Source: a candidate division WOR-3 bacterium
GTDB taxonomy: Bacteria > Hydrothermota > Tepidihabitantia > Tepidihabitantales > Tepidihabitantaceae
Length of the DNA stretch: 64,000 nt
Direction: 5' to 3'
Assembly: GCA_965648905.1 (NCBI GenBank)
Contig: CBFGIT010000004.1
Location: 64,001-128,000, forward strand
Every line of letters starts with the position of its first letter. Within the stretch, counting starts at the first letter, position 1. A program made the position numbers and the translations under genes. This document shows positions 9,508-19,202 of the stretch, piece after piece. The notes beneath the pieces were generated by a model. The model ran no database searches, was not told the origin of the DNA, and saw only the letters and a program-made list of their open reading frames with translations.

Positions 9508-11733
9508 CTAGTGTGCTGACTTGATTACCTCGACCGCCTGCTCGATGTACTCGTCGCGGCCCTCGCGCACCGCGTTCAGGGTCCGCTCCAGCGGGATGGT
9601 GGGCTGGATGCCGATGAGATGATGCTGCGAACCGTCGAACTTCGTGACCTTCATACCGGTCCAGAAGAAACGGTAGCCGCCCGGCAGAGCTATGGGATTG
9701 ACGTTGCCGTTAGTCCCTGCGGTCGGCTCGCCCACGATCTCTGCCAGCTTGAACCCCTCGATATAGCCCATGAAGCTTTCCGCATACGACACCGCAGTAG
9801 CGTTGGTAAGAAACACGACCTTGCCGTTGATGTGAGGCTGTTTGGGCTCAAGAGAGCTCCAACCCATCCCGTCCCAGCCGGCGATGCGCTCGCGGTCAGG
9901 GTAGACAATCTGAGGAGTCCACATCCATTTCTCGCCGCGCTGTTCCTTGCCGGTGAGCAGGTGAGAGATGACGTCATGGTTGGAGTTCGGGTGGCCGCGC
10001 AGGTCAAACACCACGCCCTTGGCCTTGGCCAGCTTGTCCATCACCGAGTCAATCTCCTCCATTGTGGCGCGGTTCAGGTCAACGTACCAGATGCCATCTT
10101 CGAGCAGGCGCATGCTGTCGCCCCAATCCGGCGCAAGCAGCCTCCTTGTCATCTGGACCGCTGTGCCGGACACGGCCGCAGTATCATCTCCACGGACCAC
10201 GAGGAACCGGAACGTATCGCCAACCGGACCCCTCAGCGTCCGCCGGACACTGCTGATTCTGCGGCGCTGGGGCGACCCGGAAGTGACCCGCAGCCCTTCA
10301 GCAATCGCCTCCTGGATAGGTCTCCCATTTACCTCCAGAACCTCATCACCCCTGCGCAGACCAGACTCGCTGTCGGCAGCAATGACCACGACCCTGCCTT
10401 CTACCAGTTCGAGCCAGGCGGGGACTTGCCCCCAGGTCCGCGTAGCCGGGTCATCCACAGTTGCGTGTCCATCATGGAGTGCCGCGGCCATCAAACGCAA
10501 TGTGTGGAGGAAATCGGCCTGGTCTTTGTCGGCAAGCGCACGCTCGAGCGCGGAGGTCAATTCCGAGTCCCAGTCCGTCGGGACCACATCGAAGTAGGGA
10601 TAGAAGTGCTGCAGGACACTCCAGACAATGACCACATCGGCCAGGCGCAGGTCCTGATCTCGGGGCGTGAGCGCGGCAACGTCAATCGCCTCCAGTTCGG
10701 CCTTGAGCCGGGTGAACTCCTCGGCATCGGCGCGGGGCAGGGTGTGTTCGCCATCGGAATGAACTGCAAGCGGCACGCGGCTGAACAGGCCGGGCGCGAT
10801 TTCCTTGTCCACCGACTCGCCAGGCCGCAGATGAACAGCGTCTAGGAATGCGTTGGGGTCGGTCTCAATCATCAGGCACTGCTTGCCGCGAAACGGGCCT
10901 TGGGTCGTGAGGCTCGGTCGGGCACCCGAAGTAGACGCACTCCAGTGCGGCGAATCGTCGAAAGGGGTCTCGGATTCAAAACCCGGGTCTTCGAGTCTGT
11001 CGGGAACCCACTCGCCGTTCTCGTCCCGCACCGCGAGCTCGAACTCATCAGCCCAGAGTATGCCTGCCCCGCCGCCGTAACATCCTATGCCCAGCATCTG
11101 GCAGTCCTCCGGCACTCGGGCCGTTGCGCTGTACTGCTGCCACTCGGTGGAAGTAATCGGAACCGCGACCAGATTCTTGAGCAGCGCATACGGCGGCTGC
11201 GAACTGAGCCAGAGGCCGGGCAGGTCGGTCTGGTCCGGACAATCGGTCCGTGCGTAGACTGAGACCCTCACCTCTTTGCCGGCGTAACGGTCGCTGAGGA
11301 CCTCCTGGAATACCAACCGGGCCTTGGCGCAATCCGGTGACCATCGGCCCGGACGATGGCTGCGATAGATCAGGTGCTCATGATGCAGACCGACGCCGTG
11401 ATGATTCCAGTGCACGGTCTTCAGGCCGCTCACAGGCCCGGGATGGGGAAACGGAGAAGGACTTTCGTCTGCGCCGTACAACTGAAGCGTGGGAGCTATC
11501 GGACGGAACAGGCTTTCGAGCGCGGCTCGCAGCTCAGTGGGACTCTCCGCCTGCTTCACCTTATGCGAACCCAGGATGGCGAACCGGTCCCAGTCAATCT
11601 CGCTCGCCTCGTCACTCGGGTGAAAGAAACGGACGTAGCCGTACAGCTTGGCAAACGCCCGCAGATTCGCAACCGTGCCGTTCTGGCTCGCATCACCGGC
11701 CGCGGCCTGGCCTGTTACCACCTTCTCTTTCAT
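9508..11733 (-). CDS. S41 family peptidase with a PDZ domain and an inserted CBM-like domain
   Basis: 'KLYGYVRFFHPS', 'HFYPYFD', 'LHDGH', 'VFDLRG', 'AVSYAES', 'GEPTAGTNGN'. Confidence 0.88.
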   Translation of the reverse strand: MKEKVVTGQAAAGDASQNGTVANLRAFAKLYGYVRFFHPSDEASEIDWDRFAILGSHKVKQAESPTELRAALESLFRPIAPTLQLYGADESPSPFPHPGPVSGLKTVHWNHHGVGLHHEHLIYRSHRPGRWSPDCAKARLVFQEVLSDRYAGKEVRVSVYARTDCPDQTDLPGLWLSSQPPYALLKNLVAVPITSTEWQQYSATARVPEDCQMLGIGCYGGGAGILWADEFELAVRDENGEWVPDRLEDPGFESETPFDDSPHWSASTSGARPSLTTQGPFRGKQCLMIETDPNAFLDAVHLRPGESVDKEIAPGLFSRVPLAVHSDGEHTLPRADAEEFTRLKAELEAIDVAALTPRDQDLRLADVVIVWSVLQHFYPYFDVVPTDWDSELTSALERALADKDQADFLHTLRLMAAALHDGHATVDDPATRTWGQVPAWLELVEGRVVVIAADSESGLRRGDEVLEVNGRPIQEAIAEGLRVTSGSPQRRRISSVRRTLRGPVGDTFRFLVVRGDDTAAVSGTAVQMTRRLLAPDWGDSMRLLEDGIWYVDLNRATMEEIDSVMDKLAKAKGVVFDLRGHPNSNHDVISHLLTGKEQRGEKWMWTPQIVYPDRERIAGWDGMGWSSLEPKQPHINGKVVFLTNATAVSYAESFMGYIEGFKLAEIVGEPTAGTNGNVNPIALPGGYRFFWTGMKVTKFDGSQHHLIGIQPTIPLERTLNAVREGRDEYIEQAVEVIKSAH

Positions 11734-11745
11734 ATATCCTCCACT

Positions 11746-14700
11746 TCAGGGCCGACTCTCCTTCGGCCCGCCAGTCGTCTCCAACTCCCTCAGCCGGCTT
11801 TTGAGCATCTTGTTATCGGGATGGCGATCGAGCGCGTCCTGGCAAGCGCTCAGGGCATCAGCTCTCTTTCCGTTCGCCAGGTATGCCTCAATCAACGTAT
11901 CCCAGATGTTGGGGTCGTCCGAGAGTTCGATGGCACGCAGGGCGTACTTGAGGGCGAGCTTTGCGTTGACTTGGGACACAATCCCAATCCCTCGACGGGA
12001 TTGGGTTATGTCCCGCGTCGTGGCGAGGTTCCATGCGATGCCGTTGAGTTTGCCCGCGAGTTCGGCCCGCGCCCTTGCGTGCTTCGGGAAACGGACAAGG
12101 AACGCTTCGTAACGGGGAAGCTGGACCGAATCCGGCTCGCCCCGCACCGAGTCGGTCATCGCCGTGTAGGCGCGGAAGGCGTCGGCATTGGCCTTGATGT
12201 CGATGGAATCCTTGTGCGTGTCGAACCACTTCTGCCACCTGGCCTGCACGTAGCGCTCGGAGTCCGGCAGGTCGAACCCGGCATAGGCCGAGATGTAGTT
12301 CGGCACGTTCCGGTCGTAGTTGTAGAAGGCGTCTATCGATGGGAACGAGAGCGAGTTGATGAGCATCTGGATGCCCTCGACCTGATAGAGCTGGCAGAGC
12401 GCCCTGCCGCAGGCGCGCTGGAGGTAGACGTCATAGGTCTTTGCGGCTTCGCGCAGGTACTCGACCGCGTCCGGGTTGCCGAGGTTGCCCATCGCGTCGG
12501 CCGCGGCGCAGCGCACCGACGATGCCTTGTCCTCGGCCAGCACCCAGCGCAGCAGGGCCAGCACCTCGCCGCTTGGCCGCACCTTGCCGACGAGCGTCAC
12601 GGCCACGCGCCGAACGTCCTCGGACGTATCCTCGGTCGCAAGCTTGCGGGCGATAGGCAGTGCCTTCACCGATTCCAGCCGCAACAGCGACCGCAAGGCA
12701 AACCTGCGCACCTGCGCGTTGCTGTCTGTGCTCGCCGCCTCGACCAGCGCATCCTCTGCCCCGCGCAGCTTCCAGAGCCCAAGGTCGTCGGCAATGATGA
12801 GCCTGACTTCGGCGTCGCGTGCCTTCAGCAGTGGCAGGACATCGGGGAGTTGCCTGTCACCGATGTCGCCCTGCACGAACCAGTGGTGCAGACACTCCAT
12901 CAGGTCGCGGTTGTAGTCCCGGTCGTATGACGTACCAAGGAAACCGACCAAGTGAGGTAACGCGCTGACCCCGAGTCGCGCGATGTCTCCAATCACGCCG
13001 AATCGCGCGAGTGCGGCCGGGTTGTTTAGCCTGCGGGTTGCAGCAACCGCTTCGAGCGACGGCAGTGCATCCACGTGGCGTTGTCGCACAAGCGGCTGTC
13101 GCACGTCGCGAATTAGGTCGCCACCGTTCCACTCCATGTCGAGATGGACGCCGTGACCGAAGCTGTGGGTCTCCGAGTTGTTAGCGCGGTTGCGGACCTT
13201 GTAGTCGTCGTTGCCGCCGAGGTCGAGACAGATAGCATAGGGCCACAGGTTCGGGTCAGACTCGGGCCAGACACCGCCGAAGCTGTGCCAGTCGTTCATC
13301 AGGATTGCCCCTTTGGGCCGGTCGCAGATGTACTGGTCGTCGCCCTTGTAGTCGATGAAGAGCGAGTAGGAGAACGGCTTGCAGCCCGTGCCGTAGGACG
13401 ATGTCGCGGACTTGTAGATGTCGTTCCCCTCGTAGTCTATCAGGAAACCGGGTGAGCGGTCGCTGCCTGAGCCGCCGGCTCGGAATCCGCCCTCGTATAC
13501 GTCGTCGCCCTTCTTGTCGATGAGGATGGCGTTGGTGACGTGGATGCCCGAGCCCTGGCCGGTGCCGCACTTGTAGTGGTCGTTGCCCTCGTTGTCGATC
13601 AGCGCGCCCAAGGACATGATGTAGGAGCCGCCCTGCGAGCACCAGCCGTTGCTCAAGTAGTCGTCGTTGCCATTGTTGTCCACGAGCAGGCCGACGCCGC
13701 CGTAGGCGACGAGCTTCTTCTCCCACGGATACGCGCGGAACGAGAGCGCGCCGCCCTGACCGTAGCCCGGCAGACCACCCATTGCGTCCTTGGTCGTATC
13801 GACTGCCAGCCGATACTTGTCATTGCCCTCCAAGTCAGAGAGAATGCCCAAGCCGAGCGTCGTTGCCGAACCTTGTCCCATCGATGCACAGTCGTAGACG
13901 TCGTCGCCCGAATCGTCCAGCATCATGCCGAGGCCGAACATGCCTGCGCCCTGGCAGAACGTGTGCGCGCTGAAGGAGTCATTGCCGGCCTTGTCCCACA
14001 GTATGCCGACGCCAAGGATGCCTGCACCCTGCGAGAAATGCTTGGCCTTGTACACGTCGTTGCCGGCAAGGTCCACAAGCATGCCGACGCCGAGGAACCC
14101 AAAGCCCTGGACGTAGCTTGAGTTAGGCGCATCGTAGCGGTCGTTGCCCGCGTGGTCGATGCACACCGCGACTCCGCCGCTGCGGTTGGTAGCGCCAGCG
14201 TTGTTCAAGTAGGCGTCGTCGCCGCCGAGGTCAATGAGCAGCGCTGCGTTTGCGACATGCCGGTCGTTGCCGAACCCGGCAATCCGGACCCGGCCAAACG
14301 GCATCTCAATGACCGTGACGCTGCGAGATCTTCCGGTATCAACGTAGCAATCTGTCGCTTGCCAGCCTGCAGTAGCCTTGACGTATCGGTTCACCGCCGA
14401 AGCAACTTCCAGCGATGCGGAGAGAACCTCCTCGATTCTAACCTGCCGGGCGCGACCGATGAACTCAAGCTGGCTGTCGAAGTTGCCGGTCAGCTCTGCC
14501 ATCCGCTTGCCGTCAGGAGCCAGATACCGGCCTGGATTGACGAAGAAGTAGTCCGCACCCTTGCCCAGCGTCCGTCGGACATTGGACACCTTTCGTTCGG
14601 CTGGCAGTATCGCCATGCACATCCGCTCAACCTCGGCCCGGTACTTGTCGGTGAACACTCGTCCCATGGGTTCGAGTGACACCCGGACATCACCGGCGAC

Positions 14701-15096
14701 GCTCCAGGATGTGACCGAGCCCGTCAACATGCTCACGCCGCTTCGCACCGCCGTCAGTCCGTCCTGCCGGTGTCCGGTGCAGAGCGTCTCCGAGGTCTCC
14801 TCGGCCCACTGCTTCATGTAGAGCGGGCGGTTGGAGACGTAGTCGATGATGGGGAAGCGGCAGCAGTAGCGGTAGCCGCCTTCCCAGCCGCGCGGGAGTT
14901 CGACGTTGCGGACGTCGAGGCCGATGCGCGCGCCCGCGTAGTCTAGCGGGTTGCCGATGGACTCCGCCACGATGGACACCGGTCTCGGGTCCTGGTCGAA
15001 CCACGTCTCCGGGCCGTATTGCTGCACCGGCCCGGCCCACGCCGTCAGCAGAAGAGCGGCGAAGCAGCAGGTTCGGGCCCAATGCTTCACGGTCAT
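11746..15096 (-). CDS. Large exported protein: about 12 DxxGxDxY repeats, HEAT repeats and a C-terminal TPR
   Basis: Signal peptide from ATG15096; DLGGDDAY/DHAGNDRY/DLAGNDVY-type units; 'VRRFALRSL', 'VRCAAADAMGNLG'; 'PNIWDTLIEAY'. Confidence 0.8.
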   Translation of the reverse strand: MTVKHWARTCCFAALLLTAWAGPVQQYGPETWFDQDPRPVSIVAESIGNPLDYAGARIGLDVRNVELPRGWEGGYRYCCRFPIIDYVSNRPLYMKQWAEETSETLCTGHRQDGLTAVRSGVSMLTGSVTSWSVAGDVRVSLEPMGRVFTDKYRAEVERMCMAILPAERKVSNVRRTLGKGADYFFVNPGRYLAPDGKRMAELTGNFDSQLEFIGRARQVRIEEVLSASLEVASAVNRYVKATAGWQATDCYVDTGRSRSVTVIEMPFGRVRIAGFGNDRHVANAALLIDLGGDDAYLNNAGATNRSGGVAVCIDHAGNDRYDAPNSSYVQGFGFLGVGMLVDLAGNDVYKAKHFSQGAGILGVGILWDKAGNDSFSAHTFCQGAGMFGLGMMLDDSGDDVYDCASMGQGSATTLGLGILSDLEGNDKYRLAVDTTKDAMGGLPGYGQGGALSFRAYPWEKKLVAYGGVGLLVDNNGNDDYLSNGWCSQGGSYIMSLGALIDNEGNDHYKCGTGQGSGIHVTNAILIDKKGDDVYEGGFRAGGSGSDRSPGFLIDYEGNDIYKSATSSYGTGCKPFSYSLFIDYKGDDQYICDRPKGAILMNDWHSFGGVWPESDPNLWPYAICLDLGGNDDYKVRNRANNSETHSFGHGVHLDMEWNGGDLIRDVRQPLVRQRHVDALPSLEAVAATRRLNNPAALARFGVIGDIARLGVSALPHLVGFLGTSYDRDYNRDLMECLHHWFVQGDIGDRQLPDVLPLLKARDAEVRLIIADDLGLWKLRGAEDALVEAASTDSNAQVRRFALRSLLRLESVKALPIARKLATEDTSEDVRRVAVTLVGKVRPSGEVLALLRWVLAEDKASSVRCAAADAMGNLGNPDAVEYLREAAKTYDVYLQRACGRALCQLYQVEGIQMLINSLSFPSIDAFYNYDRNVPNYISAYAGFDLPDSERYVQARWQKWFDTHKDSIDIKANADAFRAYTAMTDSVRGEPDSVQLPRYEAFLVRFPKHARARAELAGKLNGIAWNLATTRDITQSRRGIGIVSQVNAKLALKYALRAIELSDDPNIWDTLIEAYLANGKRADALSACQDALDRHPDNKMLKSRLRELETTGGPKESRP

Positions 15097-15177
15097 CGCT
15101 ATGATTATACTGCCTTTGCGGCCCGTGCAAACCCGCACATCCTTGACCAACTGCCGGTTTCGGCCATACTTGCGGCC

Positions 15178-15507
15178 GTGAGAACCGTTGCCTTGCTGCT
15201 CGTTTCCAACATCTTCATGACCTTTGCCTGGTACGGCCACCTGAAGTACAAAAGCTCTCCCCTATGGATTGCCGTGCTGGCGAGCTGGGGCATTGCCTTT
15301 GTCGAGTACTGTTTCCAGGTTCCAGCCAACCGGCTCGGGTATGGCCAGTTCACCGGAGCCCAGCTCAAGACCATCCAGGAAGTTATCACTCTTGTTGTCT
15401 TCGCGGTTTTCTCGGTAACCTACCTGAAGGAGCAGTTCCGCTGGAACTACCTGGTCGGGTTTGCCCTGATTGCGGTGGCTGTTTTCTTCGTCTTCCACAA
15501 GTGGTAG
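15178..15507 (+). CDS. DMT superfamily small membrane protein (DUF486-like)
   Basis: 'SNIFMTFAWYGHLK', 'SWGIAFVEYCFQVPANR', 'QLKTIQEVITL'. Confidence 0.9.
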   Translation: MRTVALLLVSNIFMTFAWYGHLKYKSSPLWIAVLASWGIAFVEYCFQVPANRLGYGQFTGAQLKTIQEVITLVVFAVFSVTYLKEQFRWNYLVGFALIAVAVFFVFHKW

Positions 15508-15551
15508 CCCAGATAGTTGACTTCCCTGCCTCACCGCTCTAGCATCACGTG

Positions 15552-15953
15552 ATGGACTACCGCCTGTTGTCGGTCTTCGCCCTTGTGCTTTGGGGGGCGT
15601 GGGGCTTTCTGGCCAAGACCATCTCGGGTCGAGTTTCGCCGCAGGGGCTTGCGTTCTGGAGCACGGTCGCCACGGTTGTGCCGGTCGCGGTCTTCGCGTT
15701 CACCGACACCACCGGCAAATGGACCCGGCCGCATCCGCTGGCGCTCGGTTCCGGTCTCGCCTATGGACTCGCCCTGGTATTCTTCTTCCTCGCGCTACGC
15801 CGCGGCCCGGCATCAGTGGTCGTGCCGCTGTCGGGCATGTACATCGTCGTGCCGGCGGTGCTGGGCTATGTCGTTCTCAAAGAACAGCTCAGCCTGTCTC
15901 ATCTTCTCGGCCTGGTCTGTGCCGGACTGGCGGTTCTTTTCCTGAGCCTGTAG
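15552..15953 (+). CDS. EamA family transporter
   Basis: About 5 TM helices; 'LWGAWGFLAK', 'ALRRGPASVVVPL', 'LKEQLS'. Confidence 0.85.
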   Translation: MDYRLLSVFALVLWGAWGFLAKTISGRVSPQGLAFWSTVATVVPVAVFAFTDTTGKWTRPHPLALGSGLAYGLALVFFFLALRRGPASVVVPLSGMYIVVPAVLGYVVLKEQLSLSHLLGLVCAGLAVLFLSL

Positions 15954-15966
15954 GGCCTGCGTTCAT

Positions 15967-15994
15967 TTGACAACGTTGTTCGAGATGCTAACAT
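15967..15994 (+). promoter_or_regulatory. sigma70-type promoter of the methyltransferase/reductase/selenium operon
   Basis: TTGACA-N16-TAACAT with an extended TG motif. Confidence 0.5.
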
Positions 15995-16250
15995 GAAACC
16001 GTGATTCTCGCGCTGCTGAGGTGCGTACCGTGACTCCGGCCTTGAGCCGGGGCCGTGCGCCCTGGAGACCGAAGACCCACCAGCGCCACAACCGTTTCCT
16101 CATCACAATCACCAAACCAGGCAGATGACCACCGAGCATTGTGCCGGCGGTACGCCGGTTGATCGCGTAGTATCTGTTCCAAACACAGACCGTGCGCCTT
16201 CGGGCGCTGGCAAGACAGGTAGCAAGCAAACATGACCTCAGGAGAAGACT

Positions 16251-17042
16251 ATGCAGAAGCGATACGACTACACCGGTAAGGACGTCCAGGACGTTTACGA
16301 CGGCCCGGGCGGCCTGCTGTGGGAAGCAGTGATGTCCGAGCAGATTCACTCGGGCAAGGATGAAGTGACCGACCGGATGGCAGTAGCCGTGGGCCTGAAA
16401 CCGGGCATGCACGTCCTGGACGTGTGCTCGGCTTTGGGCGCGCCGGCCCGGCACATCGCCAAGAAGTACGGCGTCAAGGTGACCGGGCTCGATTTCACCA
16501 AGACCATGCTCACCAAAGCCATCGAACGGACCAAGGCGGCCGGACTCGACCACCTGGTCAATTTCGTCGAAGGTAACGCTATGGACATGCCGTTCAAGAA
16601 GGAAACCTTTGACGTGGTCTGGGGCCAGGAAGCGTGGTGCTACGTCACCGACAAAGACCAGCTCATGTTCGAGGCGGCCCGCGTCTTGAAGCCGGGCGGG
16701 AAGATCATCTTCACCGACTGGGTCATCACCGGCAAGGTAGACGAGCCGCTGCTCGCCAAACTGTACGAGTCGATGGCGTTTCCGTATATGGAGACCCTCG
16801 AAGGCTGGGCTGACCTGATGAAGAAACACGGTCTGAAGGTTATCGAAGTGAAAGACCAGACCGACGAGTACGCGAAGTGCTTTGACGAGTACAAGAAGAT
16901 GGTCGAGGTGGACCTGAAGCCGACCATCGTCAAGAACTTCGGCGAAGAGCTCTTCGGTTTCGCGACCGGGCTCGTGAACCTGTGGCGCGATGCGGCCCAC
17001 GCGCACAAGGTCGGTCGCGGCTGGTATATGGGCCAGAAGTAG
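16251..17042 (+). CDS. Class I SAM-dependent methyltransferase
   Basis: 'VLDVCSALGAPA', 'VTGLDFT', 'EGNAMDMPF', 'RVLKPGG'; SD AGGAG. Confidence 0.9.
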   Translation: MQKRYDYTGKDVQDVYDGPGGLLWEAVMSEQIHSGKDEVTDRMAVAVGLKPGMHVLDVCSALGAPARHIAKKYGVKVTGLDFTKTMLTKAIERTKAAGLDHLVNFVEGNAMDMPFKKETFDVVWGQEAWCYVTDKDQLMFEAARVLKPGGKIIFTDWVITGKVDEPLLAKLYESMAFPYMETLEGWADLMKKHGLKVIEVKDQTDEYAKCFDEYKKMVEVDLKPTIVKNFGEELFGFATGLVNLWRDAAHAHKVGRGWYMGQK

Positions 17043-17117
17043 AGCTGCGGCCAAGCAGGGCGCGGAGCGGGATGGCGACCCGCGCTCTGCCTGGGCCGTG
17101 AACGAACAGGAGCACAC

Positions 17118-18389
17118 ATGTCTGCACACAGGGCTGTCCTGCAGGAACTCGGTTTGAACCTTGAGCTGCATGATGAGGTGCTGAAGTACATCGACCGGAC
17201 TTTTCAGCAGACGGTCGGTGCGCAGCATGGCCGACCCGAAGGAATCGCCTACTTCGACCAAGTGCTGCACGAGTCCCACGGCGGCCGGGTGGCCGAGCTG
17301 GTCGAACAGAAGAAGAGAGGCAGGAAGACCGTGGGCACGTTCTGCATCTACGTGCCCGAGGAACTGGCCATGGCCGCGAACACCGTGCCGGTCGCCCTGT
17401 GCGGCGGAACCCAGTTCTCGGTGCCGCATGCGGAGAAGATGTTCCCGCGCGACATCTGCCCGCTCATCAAGTCCACGCTCGGGCTGGCCTTTTCTAAGAC
17501 CTGTCCGTACGGGCCGCTCAAGAGTTTGGCCGTGGGCGAGACGACCTGCGATGCCAAGAAGAAGACCTGGGAAATCCTTGCCGGCAAGGTGAACTTCCAC
17601 GTCATGGAGCTGCCACAGAAGAAGGACGCAATCGACTTCGAGCTCTGGCGCAACGCAGTGCGGGAGTTCCAGTCGAAGCTGGAAGACCTGTCCGGCACCA
17701 AGGTCACCAAAGAAGCGCTGGGCGAGTCGATTCGGGTCATGAACAACAAGCGCCGGGCTTTGCAGGAGCTGGCCGAGCTGCGCAAGACCAGCCCGCCGCC
17801 GATTTCCGGGCTCGATGCTTTAGTCGTGATGCAGGCAGCACTGTCGGATGAACCGGTGCGCTTCACTGCGGCCGTGAATCGGCTCAACGCCGAGCTGGTG
17901 CAGCGACGGGAAGACGGATTCTCGCCGGTCGCCAGGAATGCAAGGCGGATAATGATTGCCGGCTGCCCTTCGGTGATGGGCAACTGGAAAGTCCACTCGC
18001 TCATTGAGCAGTCCGGTGCGGTCATCGTCCATGACGAAACCTGCACCGGCTCGCGTTACTTCGAGCACCTGATCGACGAGACCGCCCGAGACCTTGAAGG
18101 TCAGGTGAATGCCGTTGCCGACCGGTACATGAAGATCGACTGCGCCTGTTTCACGCCCAACAAGGAGCGCATCGATTCGGTGGTGCAGAAGGCAAAGGAG
18201 TACAACGTCCAGGGCGTCGTGCAGTACGTGCTTCAGACCTGCCACGGTTACAATATCGAAGCGATGCGCGTCGAAGCAGCGCTAAAGGCGGCAAACGTGC
18301 CAAGTCTGAAAATCGTCACCGACTACTCGGAAGAAGACGCGGGGCAGTTGCGCACGCGGATCGAGGCGTTTGTCGAGCAACTCGGCTAG
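17118..18389 (+). CDS. 2-hydroxyacyl-CoA dehydratase-family protein, probably a double-cubane cluster reductase (DCCP)
   Basis: 'GTFCIYVPEE', 'LCGG', 'PRDICPLIKS', 'GETTCDAKKK', 'GCP', 'ETCTGSRY', 'IDCACFTPN', 'QTCHGY', 'TDYSEEDAGQLRTRIEAF'. Confidence 0.85.
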   Translation: MSAHRAVLQELGLNLELHDEVLKYIDRTFQQTVGAQHGRPEGIAYFDQVLHESHGGRVAELVEQKKRGRKTVGTFCIYVPEELAMAANTVPVALCGGTQFSVPHAEKMFPRDICPLIKSTLGLAFSKTCPYGPLKSLAVGETTCDAKKKTWEILAGKVNFHVMELPQKKDAIDFELWRNAVREFQSKLEDLSGTKVTKEALGESIRVMNNKRRALQELAELRKTSPPPISGLDALVVMQAALSDEPVRFTAAVNRLNAELVQRREDGFSPVARNARRIMIAGCPSVMGNWKVHSLIEQSGAVIVHDETCTGSRYFEHLIDETARDLEGQVNAVADRYMKIDCACFTPNKERIDSVVQKAKEYNVQGVVQYVLQTCHGYNIEAMRVEAALKAANVPSLKIVTDYSEEDAGQLRTRIEAFVEQLG

Positions 18390-18397
18390 GAGGTCTT

Positions 18398-19159
18398 GTC
18401 AGGTCAGTTGGCATCGACATCGGCTCGCGCACGACCAAGGTCGTGGTGCTTGAAGACGGCAGGCCGGTCCACTCGTGCGTCGCCGATACCGGCACCGACC
18501 CGCTCGGCGTTGCTCAGCGCCTGCTCGCTGAGGCCGGTACTGACCGGTTGGCACGTGTCATCGCCACCGGCTATGGCCGACACCTGGTCCGTGAGCACCT
18601 GGGCTGCACCGTCGTGACCGAGATAAGGGCCCACGCGCTCGGCGCGAGCCGGCTATTCCCTGCCTGCCACACGGTAATTGACGTCGGCGGACAGGACAGC
18701 AAGGTGATAAGAGTCTCCGCGGGGAAGCAAGCAAACTTCGAGATGAACGACCGGTGCGCTGCCGGCACCGGTCGTTTCCTCGAAGTGATGGCCACGGCCC
18801 TGGGCTACACCCTGGCCGAGTTCGGTCGGGCTGCGCTCGAAGCCCCAAGCTCAGTGACCGTGAACTCGATGTGCACGGTCTTCTCCGAGTCCGAAGTAGT
18901 TTCGCTCATTGCCCGGGGTGCGGACAAGCACGCGATCGCTTGCGGTCTGCACGAGTCGATTGTTGACCGGCTGCTCGCCCTGGTCGGCCGGGTTGGAGCA
19001 GAGCCGGAAGTGGTCCTCTCCGGCGGTGTGGCACTTAACCCATGCATCCGAACGTTGCTCGAAAGCCGGCTCGGGGTCCGGCTTCTGGTGCCGGACCGGC
19101 CGCAACTTGTCGGCGCGATTGGTGCGGCGCTGAGTGTGAATGGAGCAACGGCCGTATGA
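18398..19159 (+). CDS. ATP-dependent activator (BadF/BadG/BcrA/BcrD, CoA-substrate-specific enzyme activase); start codon uncertain
   Basis: 'VGIDIGSRTTK', 'ATGYGR', 'IDVGGQDSK', 'MNDRCAAGTGRFLE', 'NSMCTVFSESEV', 'SGGVALN'. Confidence 0.88.
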   Translation, partial: VRSVGIDIGSRTTKVVVLEDGRPVHSCVADTGTDPLGVAQRLLAEAGTDRLARVIATGYGRHLVREHLGCTVVTEIRAHALGASRLFPACHTVIDVGGQDSKVIRVSAGKQANFEMNDRCAAGTGRFLEVMATALGYTLAEFGRAALEAPSSVTVNSMCTVFSESEVVSLIARGADKHAIACGLHESIVDRLLALVGRVGAEPEVVLSGGVALNPCIRTLLESRLGVRLLVPDRPQLVGAIGAALSVNGATAV

Positions 19160-19202
19160 ACGGCGTGCGCTATCTCTTTACACTCGGCCGGAGGTGGAAC
19201 TC

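Noticed and set aside
9619..12930. Long plus-strand ORFs 9619-10845 and 11356-12930
   Set aside because: Antisense shadows of well-supported minus-strand genes in GC-rich DNA
15963..17600. 545-aa minus-strand ORF
   Set aside because: Shadow of the methyltransferase and reductase genes; no motifs
19157..19170. Sec read-through of the activase stop (TGA-ACG-GCG-TGC, U-T-A-C)
   Set aside because: The activase domain is already complete, no convincing hairpin follows, and the extension would overlap the better-supported UxxC gene
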